Part shown: positions 1 through 7,933 of the stretch, in pieces | Layout of the letters: every line of letters starts with the position of its first letter | Position numbering within the stretch: the stretch's first letter is position 1 | Translations under genes and position numbers: made by a program | Assembly (NCBI GenBank): GCA_001275005.1 | Contig: JWZX01003318.1 | Span: forward strand, 48,705 to 68,704 | Length of the DNA: 20,000 nt | Source of the DNA: Chrysochromulina tobinii | Lineage: Eukaryota | Direction of reading: 5' to 3' | Notes under the pieces: model-generated | Told to the model about the DNA's origin: nothing | Databases searched by the model: none | What the model saw: the letters and a program-made list of their open reading frames with translations, nothing else

Positions 1-7
1 CTGACGC

Positions 8-1282
8 ATGGTTGGTTCGGCTCCCGTCGGCGAACTTGCCGCAGTGCTGCTCGAAGAGATGATGCAAGAGATGCTGCCCGCCAATCTGCACCAAACCCTT
101 GAGGCACTGCACGCGTACGGCGAGTCGCCGCTGCCGGTCGCCAGCGTGGGTCGGGTGCTCGTGCAGCTCGCACACCTCGACGGGCCGCTCAAGCTCACAG
201 CGCAGCCGACGCCGTGCGACCCGCAGACCTTTTCGCAGCACCTGCTGGCGCTCACGTCACAGCTCAACATGCTACACGATCAGCAGAACCGTGCGTACCT
301 GCACTCGCCTCACTTTAAGCGCTCCAAGTTCGAGCTCTTTGCGCTGCAGCACATGCAATTGCTCACATGGCTGCAGCGCGTGCACACAGCGCTAATGCAC
401 TCGGTGGGCCTGCAGGGCCCTGATCTGCTGCAGTACATGGTGAAGCTGGGCTTCGCCGCACGCGTGCTCGTCTTCCAGCCGACGCTCCTGCACACGCTCC
501 ACGTAGTGCAGACGTGCATGTCGCTGCCATCCGAGCCGGTGCCCGGCTCGATGCGTGAGGCGATGCCCCACCCCGCTGACAGCGCCACCGATTTCGACCG
601 CGTCGAGTGGCTGCAGCTGAACCTGCTGCTCCAGTTCCAGTCGATCTACAAGAAGGCGCTCTGCCAGCCCGACATCTACCAACACCCGCAGGCCTTTTCG
701 CAGGGTGAGGTGAAACTCGTGCAGGGCTTCCTGCGCCTCGAGGAGATCTACACGCACTTGATCAACCGTTTCCCACAGTGCTGCCACCTCTCCGCTCAAG
801 AGCAGGCGGTGCTCTCAAATCTGTGCCAGCAGCTCAACAAGTACTTCACCGATGGCCATCGAATCCGGCAGCTGATCGAACAACAGTCGATGATGCCGCA
901 GTCGATGGGCAAGCATGCGGTGGCGCAATTGGTGAAGCTCAGCAGCTCCTCATCGCAGTTCGCAGTCCGGGACTGGATCCTGCCCTTCATGGTCACCTTC
1001 TGCGAGTTGCTCAAGATCATCTGGCAATTGTGGACCAACCTGCTGCGGAAGCAGCATGCATTAGATGCGCAGCGGCGTTCGATCGAAATGCTCGCGCGTC
1101 TCGCCGGCTCAGCCATCGTCAAGCAGCTTACCGACCAGGCACATCGCCTTGCGCACACGGCGCCGTCCATGCCGGTCGGCCCCGACCGCTCGCGCGTTTT
1201 CGACCTCGAGGACGACCCACTTACCTTGCCGACGGAAGCGGAGTTGGTGGCAGAAGAAAAGCTCGAGGAGGAGGACGTGTAG
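8..1282 (+). CDS. Uncharacterised Leu/Gln-rich helical protein; possibly the 5' part of a longer KH-RING gene interrupted by an in-frame TAG at 1280-1282
   Basis: 424-aa ORF with GC3-biased codons and an in-frame TGA just upstream (2-4). The same frame reopens directly after the TAG. No family recognised. Confidence 0.7.
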   Translation: MVGSAPVGELAAVLLEEMMQEMLPANLHQTLEALHAYGESPLPVASVGRVLVQLAHLDGPLKLTAQPTPCDPQTFSQHLLALTSQLNMLHDQQNRAYLHSPHFKRSKFELFALQHMQLLTWLQRVHTALMHSVGLQGPDLLQYMVKLGFAARVLVFQPTLLHTLHVVQTCMSLPSEPVPGSMREAMPHPADSATDFDRVEWLQLNLLLQFQSIYKKALCQPDIYQHPQAFSQGEVKLVQGFLRLEEIYTHLINRFPQCCHLSAQEQAVLSNLCQQLNKYFTDGHRIRQLIEQQSMMPQSMGKHAVAQLVKLSSSSSQFAVRDWILPFMVTFCELLKIIWQLWTNLLRKQHALDAQRRSIEMLARLAGSAIVKQLTDQAHRLAHTAPSMPVGPDRSRVFDLEDDPLTLPTEAELVAEEKLEEEDV

Positions 1283-2774
1283 GTGGAGCGCGCGGTGGAG
1301 GCGGCGGCCACGGCGAAGCATGCAAAGGCCGACGCTGCGTCCACGGCCTCACCGGCGCCGGCGCCAGCCGAGGTGCGTGCGGCCGAATCGACATCGACCG
1401 ACCTACACGTCCCTGCAGAAGAGTGGCGAAAGTTCCTCACCGGTTCCAAGTTTGGAAAGCTGATCAAGGTGCTGACGTCCAAAGGGCTCTCGCGTAAGGA
1501 TCTCGTCATCTCGAAGGCCAAGATTGCCTCCCTCATCGGCTTCTCAGGGAACACCAAGCGTAAGATCGTCGAGCAAACCGGCTGCGAGATCTTCGTGTTG
1601 GATCAAGAGGGCGTGCCTCCAGGACGGATCACCTCCCGGGTGGAAGTGCGCGGGCTCGTGCTTGTCGGCACCGCGGCGCAGGTCGAGGAAGCGCGCGCCA
1701 AGCTTCTTCCGTACGGCCCGATCGGCGATGTCATCTTGAGCGAAAAGGCCAAGGCGGGGACATCGGCACACACGCACGGTGCCGCTAAGGAGGTCAGGGC
1801 GGACACGGCAGCGGCTGCCCAGGCGGAGTCACGCGATTCGGACTCCGCTCCCCAACCGCGTTCCGTCGAGGTAAGAGCCGAAGTGACTCCGAAGGAGCGC
1901 GCGGCGGCGGAGCGCGCAGCGGCGCTGGCCGTGGCAGAAGAGAAGCTCGAGGAGGAGGACGTGGAGGCGACCGCTGCAGCAGGGGCAGCCGCATCAGAGG
2001 CGGTAGCCGAGGAGACGGCCGCGGCGGCCGCGGCTGCGGCGGCTGAGCAGGCGGCGGCTGAGCAGGTGGTGAAGGTGGCCGAGGATGCGGCGGCACGGGC
2101 AGCAGCGCACGAGGCCGCCGAGGCGGAGGCAGCGCGGGTAGCCAGGGCGCAGGCGGAGGCTAAGGATGCAGAGGCAGAGGCTCAGCGCTTGGCGGTGCAG
2201 AGGGCGGAGGCGGAGAGGGCTGAGGCGGAGAGGGCTGAGGCGGAGAGGGTGTTTGCGGAGAGGGCTGAGGTAGAAAGAGGGCTGGCAGTGGAGAGGGTGG
2301 AGGCGAGGGTCGAGGCGGAGAGGGCGGAGGTGGAGCGCGCGGCGGCGGAGCGGGCAGCGGCGCTGGCCGTGGCAGAGAGCGCTGGCCGCGGCGGGCGGGG
2401 GGGGCGAGGGGGGCGTGGAGGGCGCGGTGGGCGCGGCCCGACTACTGTGCATCCGCCCCCCCCCGTCCCCTGCGCCGCCAAGGGCCCCAGCACCGGCTGC
2501 AGCTTCAATGCCACCGGCTGCAGCTTCAATGCCAGCGGAGAGGCATCTGACGCTCGCCGACGTGGGCAACATCACCGGCCGTGTGCACGACGAGGTGCCC
2601 GAATCGACCATCGGTGGCCAGACCACGTGCATTGTGTGCATGGTGGGGCCCAAGTCGCACCTTGCGGTGCCGTGCGGCCATCAGCTCGCGTGCGAGCGCT
2701 GCGCGGCCGACATGAAGATTTGCCCGTACTGTCGCACGCCCGTCCAGCTTTGGGTGATGGCACGGGTGGTGTGA
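1283..2774 (+). CDS. KH domain + Ala/Glu/Arg coiled coil + RGG box + C-terminal RING-HC finger (MEX3-like RNA-binding E3 ligase architecture), with a frameshift at the C9 run 2456-2464
   Basis: KH type I at ~1499-1709 (LVISKAKIASLIGFSGNTKRKIVEQTGCEIFV...LVLVGTAAQVEEARAKL, GxxG = GFSG). (RGG)5 at ~2384-2437. RING CIVC...PCGH..ACERC...CPYCR at ~2628-2742 lies in a different frame (ORF 2415-2774). No ATG in frame after 1282. Confidence 0.75.
2491..2532 (+). repeat. 21-bp perfect tandem duplication (caccggctgcagcttcaatgc x2), coding PAAASMP x2 in the RING frame
   Basis: Read directly from the sequence. Confidence 0.9.
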
Positions 2775-2967
2775 CCAAGAACCTTGGGGCGAAACATGGG
2801 CCGGGCGGGCAGAGGAAGTCGAGTGGAGAGTACGCTGTACGGTAGACTTTTTAAGTGACTACGTTAAGTGCACCGCAGAGTGCACACACACCCGGGGGCC
2901 TAACGCCAACCGCCCGCACTCCACATGAAAGCCCCATGGCCGACGATCTTGGATCTATTTAACTATT

Positions 2968-3921
2968 TTACTTCGTGGCCGCACCAGCGTACCGCTCATT
3001 GTTGAGCAACAAATTGTACAGTGCGAGTGCCCAAAAATCTGTAGGCCCTGGGTAGCAATAGTGGAGGCAATCAATCGGGAAGCCCGTCTTCGTGGGCCCA
3101 CTGAACTCGCCCGTCGTGGGCGAGTAGCGCATCGAGCTGGCCACGTGTCCATCGGCGCGCGCGTCCATGAAGGACACGTTGAGGAATGCAAAGCGCTGCC
3201 CGAGTGTCCCGGTCGCGTGCGCAGCGGCGGCCCACTCGTGCTCGAAGAGCGGCGGGCCTCGCCAGTGGTACTTGTCCTTGAACATGTCGGCATGGCGCAC
3301 ATGTCCTTCGCTGCCCTTGGCGACTTGCCAGCCCCAAATGTCGCGCCCGTGGCTCGTCAACTGCTCCCACGCCTCCTTGCGGCTGCGCAGCGGTCGGCTC
3401 GCGTTCTCGCACGCGTAGTGGCCGATGTTGGTGGTGCGGAATACAAGCTGAGCGCTCGGTTTGAGCACGCGCTCTAGGTGGATCGCCCCCTCCATCGCAA
3501 GGCGTGCGTACTTGGCGAAGGTCTTATCGACTGTGTGGTAGTGGTGCCCCACATTGAGCACCACCACGTCTGCCTCGGCGACGAGACGCTGCCAAAAGGG
3601 TGGCGTGGCGCTCTCGAGAGCTGAGAACTCCTCGACAAGCGCTCCATGTCGCAGTGCCTTGACCAGCCTGCCGCCGCCGCGGAGGGTTGCAATCGAGAGC
3701 CACCCTCCCTCATTGCCCACGCTGGAGGAGCACCGGTCCATTCGACGCTCGACCGGGCCGCCGCCGCCGCCGCCGCCGCCGCTGCCGCTGCTGCTGCCGC
3801 TGCTACTGCCACTGCCGGCGCCGACGCCCTGCGCTATGTCCTCGGGCGCAAGGCCGACCACGTCCTTGTGCTCGACAACGACCTCTCCGAGCAGCCAGAG
3901 GAGCGAGTAGTACGCCTGCGC
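2968..3921 (-). CDS. Exon 2 of a TBL/PC-esterase (SGNH-type) polysaccharide O-acetyltransferase-like gene
   Basis: ADVVVLNVGHH, LVFRT, RADGHV and C-terminal DCLHYCYPGPTDFWALALYNLL match the TBL DCxHWCLPG (DxxH) motif. Begins after a pyrimidine-rich TTGCAG acceptor whose last base is 3922. Confidence 0.85.
   Translation of the reverse strand, partial: AQAYYSLLWLLGEVVVEHKDVVGLAPEDIAQGVGAGSGSSSGSSSGSGGGGGGGGPVERRMDRCSSSVGNEGGWLSIATLRGGGRLVKALRHGALVEEFSALESATPPFWQRLVAEADVVVLNVGHHYHTVDKTFAKYARLAMEGAIHLERVLKPSAQLVFRTTNIGHYACENASRPLRSRKEAWEQLTSHGRDIWGWQVAKGSEGHVRHADMFKDKYHWRGPPLFEHEWAAAAHATGTLGQRFAFLNVSFMDARADGHVASSMRYSPTTGEFSGPTKTGFPIDCLHYCYPGPTDFWALALYNLLLNNERYAGAATK
3758..3818 (-). repeat. Coding trinucleotide low-complexity tract (GSGSSSGSSSGSGGGGGGGG)
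   Basis: (gcc)n/(gct)n run on the + strand. Confidence 0.8.
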
Positions 3922-4291
3922 CTGCAAGGAGCACCCGAGGAGAACGAGGAGGGGAAGGTCATCAGGCGTCATCAAGGTCAATCGGGGGCTCTGATCCGGG
4001 GGCCATTCGCGGCCCATTAGTGGCAATCAGGCGTCATCAAGGTCAGTCGGGGGCTCTGATCCGGGGGCCATTCGCGGCCCAATAGTGGCAATCAGGCGTC
4101 ATCAAGGTCAATCGGGGGCTCTGATCCGGGGGCCATTCGCGGCCCAATAGTGGCAATCAGGCGTCATCAAGGTCAATCAGGGGCTCTGATCCGGGGGCCA
4201 TTCGCGGCCCATTAGTGGCAATCAGGCGTCATCAAGGTCAATCGGGGGCTCTGATCCGGGGGCCATTCGCGGCCCATTAGTGGCACTCAAC
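3922..4291 (-). other. 370-nt phase-0 GT-AG spliceosomal intron
   Basis: Donor CAG|GTTGAGT at 4291 and acceptor TCCTTGCAG|GCG at 3922. Splicing gives GDSLQ-AQAYYSLLWLL, in exact register with the TBL consensus GDSLxRNQWESLxCLL. Spliced product is 675 aa from the ATG at 5365. Confidence 0.85.
3961..4285. repeat. Intronic minisatellite, 5 near-identical copies of a 65-bp unit
   Basis: Unit atcaggcgtcatcaaggtcaatcgggggctctgatccgggggccattcgcggcccattagtggca starts at 3961, 4026, 4091, 4156 and 4221, with only isolated substitutions. Each unit has a small GGGCC-n6-GGCCC hairpin. Confidence 0.97.
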
Positions 4292-5365
4292 CTGCAACGA
4301 GTCCCCGAGAAGAAGGAGAGTGCGTGTGCCAAGCCAACGATCAAAGGCGGCGCCATCGATGGGCGCGAACGCGCAGCTCTTGGGGCGCCAGCTCCAGCTG
4401 AGCGCCTGCAGGGCGCGCAGACGCTCCGTGGCCGACTGGCGGTAGCACACGCGGTAGTCGTACCAGCCTCTCACCTCGGGCAAAACTCGACCGTAGGCGA
4501 AGTGGTCAGGGCGATGGATCGCACGTGGGTCGCACGTCTGCAGCCAGCGGCCTTCGAGGTGGTCGCCGTCCATGCGGCAGCGTGGGCGTGCTCGATGGCC
4601 CGCATGCCCCACCTCCGACGTCATGTACTCGCACAGATGCTCGGACCCTCGAAACGGACCCGCCTTAGACACGGCGCCGCCTTGACGAACGCCCTGCAGC
4701 CAGCTGCTGCGCACCGGTTCGACCTCCCCTTGACCGTATGAGGGCGGCCGGTCACCCACGACTAGTGGCCGCGCCGCTGCGATCCACACCTCATCGAGGA
4801 GGAGCTCGAGATGGGCGCAAGGGTTGGGCGTCGTCCTGGGCACGAAGACCACCTCGCCGAAGCCGTCCGAGATACCAAGCAGCGTCGCCAGGGGCATGTG
4901 CGCCTGCCGCCACTTGTGGCCGGCGCGTGTACTGGTGCCCGTCGTGCTCGTTCCGCACAGGGGCACGAAGCTCGTGTCCTCGCGACGGATGCCATGACCG
5001 CGCACGCCGACACACACAGCGGCCAGGCAGGTGCCCCTGGTAGCTCGCTGCTGCTGTTCGCAGGCACGCGCACTCGCAAATGAAAAAGCCAACGACAGTA
5101 CGAGTGCACTCGCATTGGGCGTGGCGATCGCCTCGTCGGATTGCAGAACGAGCTCTTGCGCAGACTCATTGAAGGAAGCTCGCAGTGCTTGCCCACATGG
5201 CACAGCTTCGCCATTTGCGAGCCGGGTATGTTCCTCGTTTGCGTCGAGAACTAGCGTCGCTCCGCCACGTGTAGTCGACCTCCAACGGTTATGGAGCGTG
5301 TCGTCAAAAATCTGAAGCAGCGCGATGCCGACTCCGTGATGTTTGGCTGCGCCAAGAGTCGGCAT
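4292..5365 (-). CDS. Exon 1 of the TBL/PC-esterase-like gene, with an N-terminal beta-rich extension
   Basis: Ends with WSWRPKSCAFAPIDGAAFDRWLGTRTLLLLGDSLQ, matching the TBL WxWxPxxCxL..FD..L.GKR..GDS motif. Start codon uncertain. Confidence 0.82.
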
Positions 5366-5545
5366 CGGCGACTATCCACAACGCTGTGCCTCATGGCGAG
5401 ATTTGTTTGTCGTGATTTGAGAGCGTGATTCGCATGCAAATGGGGGAGAGGGGGGAAGGGGGGATGAGGGGTTATGAGGGGTAAGTGCGGGATTGACGCC
5501 ATTGCCACGCCACCCGACCCTCACCGACACACGGTCAGTCGACTA

Positions 5546-5652
5546 ATCGCAAACAAGGTGGGAGCCTCGGAGATCATCACGCGCACCGTCGAGGACCTCA
5601 AGGAAGTACCGCAAGATGGTCATGGAGATGATTGAGAAGGTCATCAGCAAGC
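5546..5652 (+). pseudogene. SF3B1: Isolated internal fragment of splicing factor SF3B1 (HEAT region) with a frameshifting deletion
   Basis: IANKVGASEIITRTVEDLK (5546-5602), then 4 nt, then YRKMVMEMIEKVISK (5607-5651). This matches the remembered SF3B1 segment [36 protein letters not shown]; about 11 nt covering the DEAEQ codons are missing. Confidence 0.85.
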
Positions 5653-5684
5653 AGACCACTATCACATTATGTGAAAGCAGACCA

Positions 5685-6116
5685 TTATAGCTCCGACGGT
5701 GGACCACACATACAAAAAGAACAAGAGAGCGAGACGAGCGGACCCAGAGCTATACACGTACACCGCAGCGTCCACATCAAAAAAGACATTGACGTCTTTT
5801 CGCTCAAAAAATTGTTGGTCATCTTGGTAGCGTTGGTAATGGACTCGTAGTTCATACAGCCAGCTTGCTCTGCAATGCGAGGCTTAAGTAACACGTCGAT
5901 GATTAGCTTGTCGAGGTCGCCGACTTCTTTTGGTATTTGTAGATCAGTTTCACTCTTGAAAATCTTAGTCGTGTGTGCCACCCTGCGCCGTTCTACTTGA
6001 GCTGCAACCAGGCGGTCAAATTCTGTTTCCGCGTGCCTTCCCTCGTTAACTGCACTAGACATGGGGTCCGATAGCTGTGTACTCACGCACGCGCGCTCGC
6101 ACTCGGTCACACTCAT
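5685..6116 (-). CDS. Orphan ORF or degenerate gene in the lower-GC island
   Basis: 143-aa ORF, protein-like in its middle (ETEFDRLVAAQVERRR...DLDKLIIDVLLKPR). Hand-counted GC is 26/60 and 27/60 on lines 5761 and 5881. No family recognised. Confidence 0.3.
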   Translation of the reverse strand: MSVTECERACVSTQLSDPMSSAVNEGRHAETEFDRLVAAQVERRRVAHTTKIFKSETDLQIPKEVGDLDKLIIDVLLKPRIAEQAGCMNYESITNATKMTNNFLSEKTSMSFLMWTLRCTCIALGPLVSLSCSFCMCGPPSEL

Positions 6117-6153
6117 CTCTCATCCTCATCTCGCACTCGGTCACACTCATCTC
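6096..6153. repeat. 24-bp direct repeat (ctcgcactcggtcacactcatctc), period 34
   Basis: Identical copies at 6096-6119 and 6130-6153. Confidence 0.9.
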
Positions 6154-6428
6154 GCACCGGGCCCACCCCAAGGGCATGCCTCTTCAGAACCGCGAGCGCC
6201 TCACTGCATGGCCCGTCCGAGCACTCCCCAAGGCAGGACTCCTCAGAGGCCTCCTGATGCTTGCCCGCACTCAGCGACTCGCATGCTCATCGATGGCACT
6301 CGTATCGCCATCGAAGCCGCACTCCCATTGATACCGATCTCAGCGAGCGTTGTAGGCCGTCCGAGCGTCTGCAGATTTGAAGACGGCCCGATAGACGACG
6401 AGGAGCTGATGGTGGGCACATTGGGGCT

Positions 6429-7274
6429 TCACCGTGAAGCCTGGTCGCTTTCTGGCTCAAGCGGCACGCCCAATTGGTCCAAGTGTTCACCTTCGCCGTG
6501 ATCACGTAGAAATTTGGTCAGCTCCTCTGCAGAGCTGTTGTGGGGTATTTTGGCCGTAGCTTCTGCCGCCGTTGAGAGTGTTGGAAACCGAGGAGGCGCT
6601 GTAGTAAAGAGAGCCCTCCATCTGGTACACGCATGGTTCGTGGTCGTAAAGGTTGCATCACACCACATGCAGCGGTAGCTCTTCAGCTTCTGCGGCTCGA
6701 TGTTCCAAGGCTGGATGTCGACCGGTGTGTGCGTCGATGCTACCTCGAGAAAAGGGGGTGTGAGCGTCATCTTCATACCATTCTTTTTCATGATGACCTT
6801 AAAGGTCTCGGTCTCGTGCTTGTCGATCTCTTTGACCTGCGTGCGTATTTCTGGAAGCTGCCACACCGACGGGTCAAAGTCGGAGCCAGTTGCGCCCGAG
6901 ATGATCTGTGTCATTTGGGGCAAAGAGGTCAGAACAATCCTGGGAGTCAGTGAGGGCACTCTCAAAATCACATCACCTCTTTGAGAGTTGGGGCGTCCGA
7001 ATTCCACGACGCCGTCAGCATGTTTAGTGCGAGGCGCATAAGTCTGGCACCGGCAGCAAGTGTGAGGCGTGCGGCCATTGTCGTCGCTAGATTGCGCTGG
7101 TCGGGCGGCGGCTGCGGCAGACTTGTCTTGCTGTGCCGCCATCTCCGCCATCATCGATCCCATCGAAGAACCTTGTACCATCTTGCGCCTCGCAAGTCTT
7201 GGGGACCCGCGGCTGCTCCTCTCATGACACTTAATCCATGGTGAATAGCCATTTGCGATGGCGGCAACGACCAA
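6429..7274 (-). CDS. Orphan Cys-containing ORF (probable start at an internal ATG near 7182 or 7156), possibly degenerate
   Basis: 281-codon ORF with weaker GC3 bias than the flanking genes. Contains HTCCRC and YRCMWCDATF (first half of a C2H2-like finger). Confidence 0.45.
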   Translation of the reverse strand: MVVAAIANGYSPWIKCHERSSRGSPRLARRKMVQGSSMGSMMAEMAAQQDKSAAAAARPAQSSDDNGRTPHTCCRCQTYAPRTKHADGVVEFGRPNSQRGDVILRVPSLTPRIVLTSLPQMTQIISGATGSDFDPSVWQLPEIRTQVKEIDKHETETFKVIMKKNGMKMTLTPPFLEVASTHTPVDIQPWNIEPQKLKSYRCMWCDATFTTTNHACTRWRALFTTAPPRFPTLSTAAEATAKIPHNSSAEELTKFLRDHGEGEHLDQLGVPLEPESDQASR

Positions 7275-7553
7275 GCTTCATCCACCTCTTCTCCGTCGGA
7301 GACCAGCGAAATGGGATCACCGCTCCCTCCTGGGAACGCAATGCGCGGGGCCGGCGGTGGCGGAGGCGCGGAAAGAGGGGCCCCGTCCTGGATGAACAGT
7401 GAATGCTCGGCCGGATGGTCGTACTGTGCAAACTGCAAAGTGCTCCGGGTTCTTGCGGAAGCAGCGGGTCCCGAATTTACAACTTGGCTGACCTGGGGCA
7501 CGCGTATAGGGCCATGGCAGCGGCGGCGTGACAGCCGAACCCGGCTCCGCCAT
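7270..7553 (-). pseudogene. 5' fragment of a gene with an N-terminal PBZ (poly(ADP-ribose)-binding, APLF-type) zinc finger, frameshifted by a 7-bp duplication
   Basis: ATG at 7553 gives MAEP...PSCKFGTRCFRKNPEHFA. Removing the 7-nt TTTGCAG from the duplicated stretch 7427-7439 gives C-KFGTR-C-FRKNPE-H-FAQYD-H, the canonical C-x5-C-x6-H-x5-H. It continues into PPPPP and a SIM-like ISLVSDGEE. 3' boundary approximate. Confidence 0.8.
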
Positions 7554-7648
7554 CCAGAAATGAAGAGATGCGCATCCGGAAAGAATCTAAATGTGCCGAG
7601 AGAGCTCGTTCAGATCACCGCGGACAAAAAGAATTAAATATTTATTCT

Positions 7649-7933
7649 AAGAATACCTCTCCCTACCCCTTTGGGTCAATCACTCAGACAATTGCACTCA
7701 GAGTTCAAACAATTGAGTTCAAAATCAGGTGGTGCTGGTGGGGATAGTGTGTGAATCCAGAAAGAATACCTCTCCCTACCCCTTTGGGTCAATCACTGAG
7801 TTCAAAATCAGGTGGTGGGGATACGGTATTAGTGTGTGCTGAATCCAGCAGAAAGAATACCTCCCGGCTCTCCCTACCGCCCGCTTCGCATGCCGCTTCG
7901 CCCCTCGAGCCTCGTTAACGCCCTTTGGGTCAA
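7649..7933. repeat. Degenerate tandem triplication (periods 113 and 91 bp) with a 36-bp core
   Basis: aagaatacctctccctacccctttgggtcaatcact is identical at 7649-7684 and 7762-7797. A third copy from 7853 is split by insertions. The intervening sequences are homologous (gagttcaaaatcaggtggtg...gaatccag). Confidence 0.9.

Noticed and set aside
1871..1894. GTAAGA splice donor in the KH gene
   Set aside because: It sits in a recurring EVRA peptide motif, the frame is open and no intron is needed.
2465..2845. C-terminus of ORF 1283-2845 as the true protein end
   Set aside because: It reads as an off-frame shadow; the overlapping frame encodes an intact RING finger.
3922..4026. N-terminus of ORF 2968-4026 as a separate gene start
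   Set aside because: It translates intron repeat sequence; the catalytic GDS motif lies in the upstream exon.
3961..4285. CRISPR-like array (65-bp period, internal hairpin)
   Set aside because: Units are near-identical along their whole length with no unique spacers; no cas genes; it lies in a eukaryotic intron.
6330..6490. DnaJ-like ending (LGV...VF...R.AYN) in the orphan ORF
   Set aside because: No HPD motif, wrong spacing and it requires a frameshift.
7649..7900. 36-bp identical repeats as a mini-CRISPR
   Set aside because: The sequences between the repeats are homologous to each other, so this is a tandem duplication.
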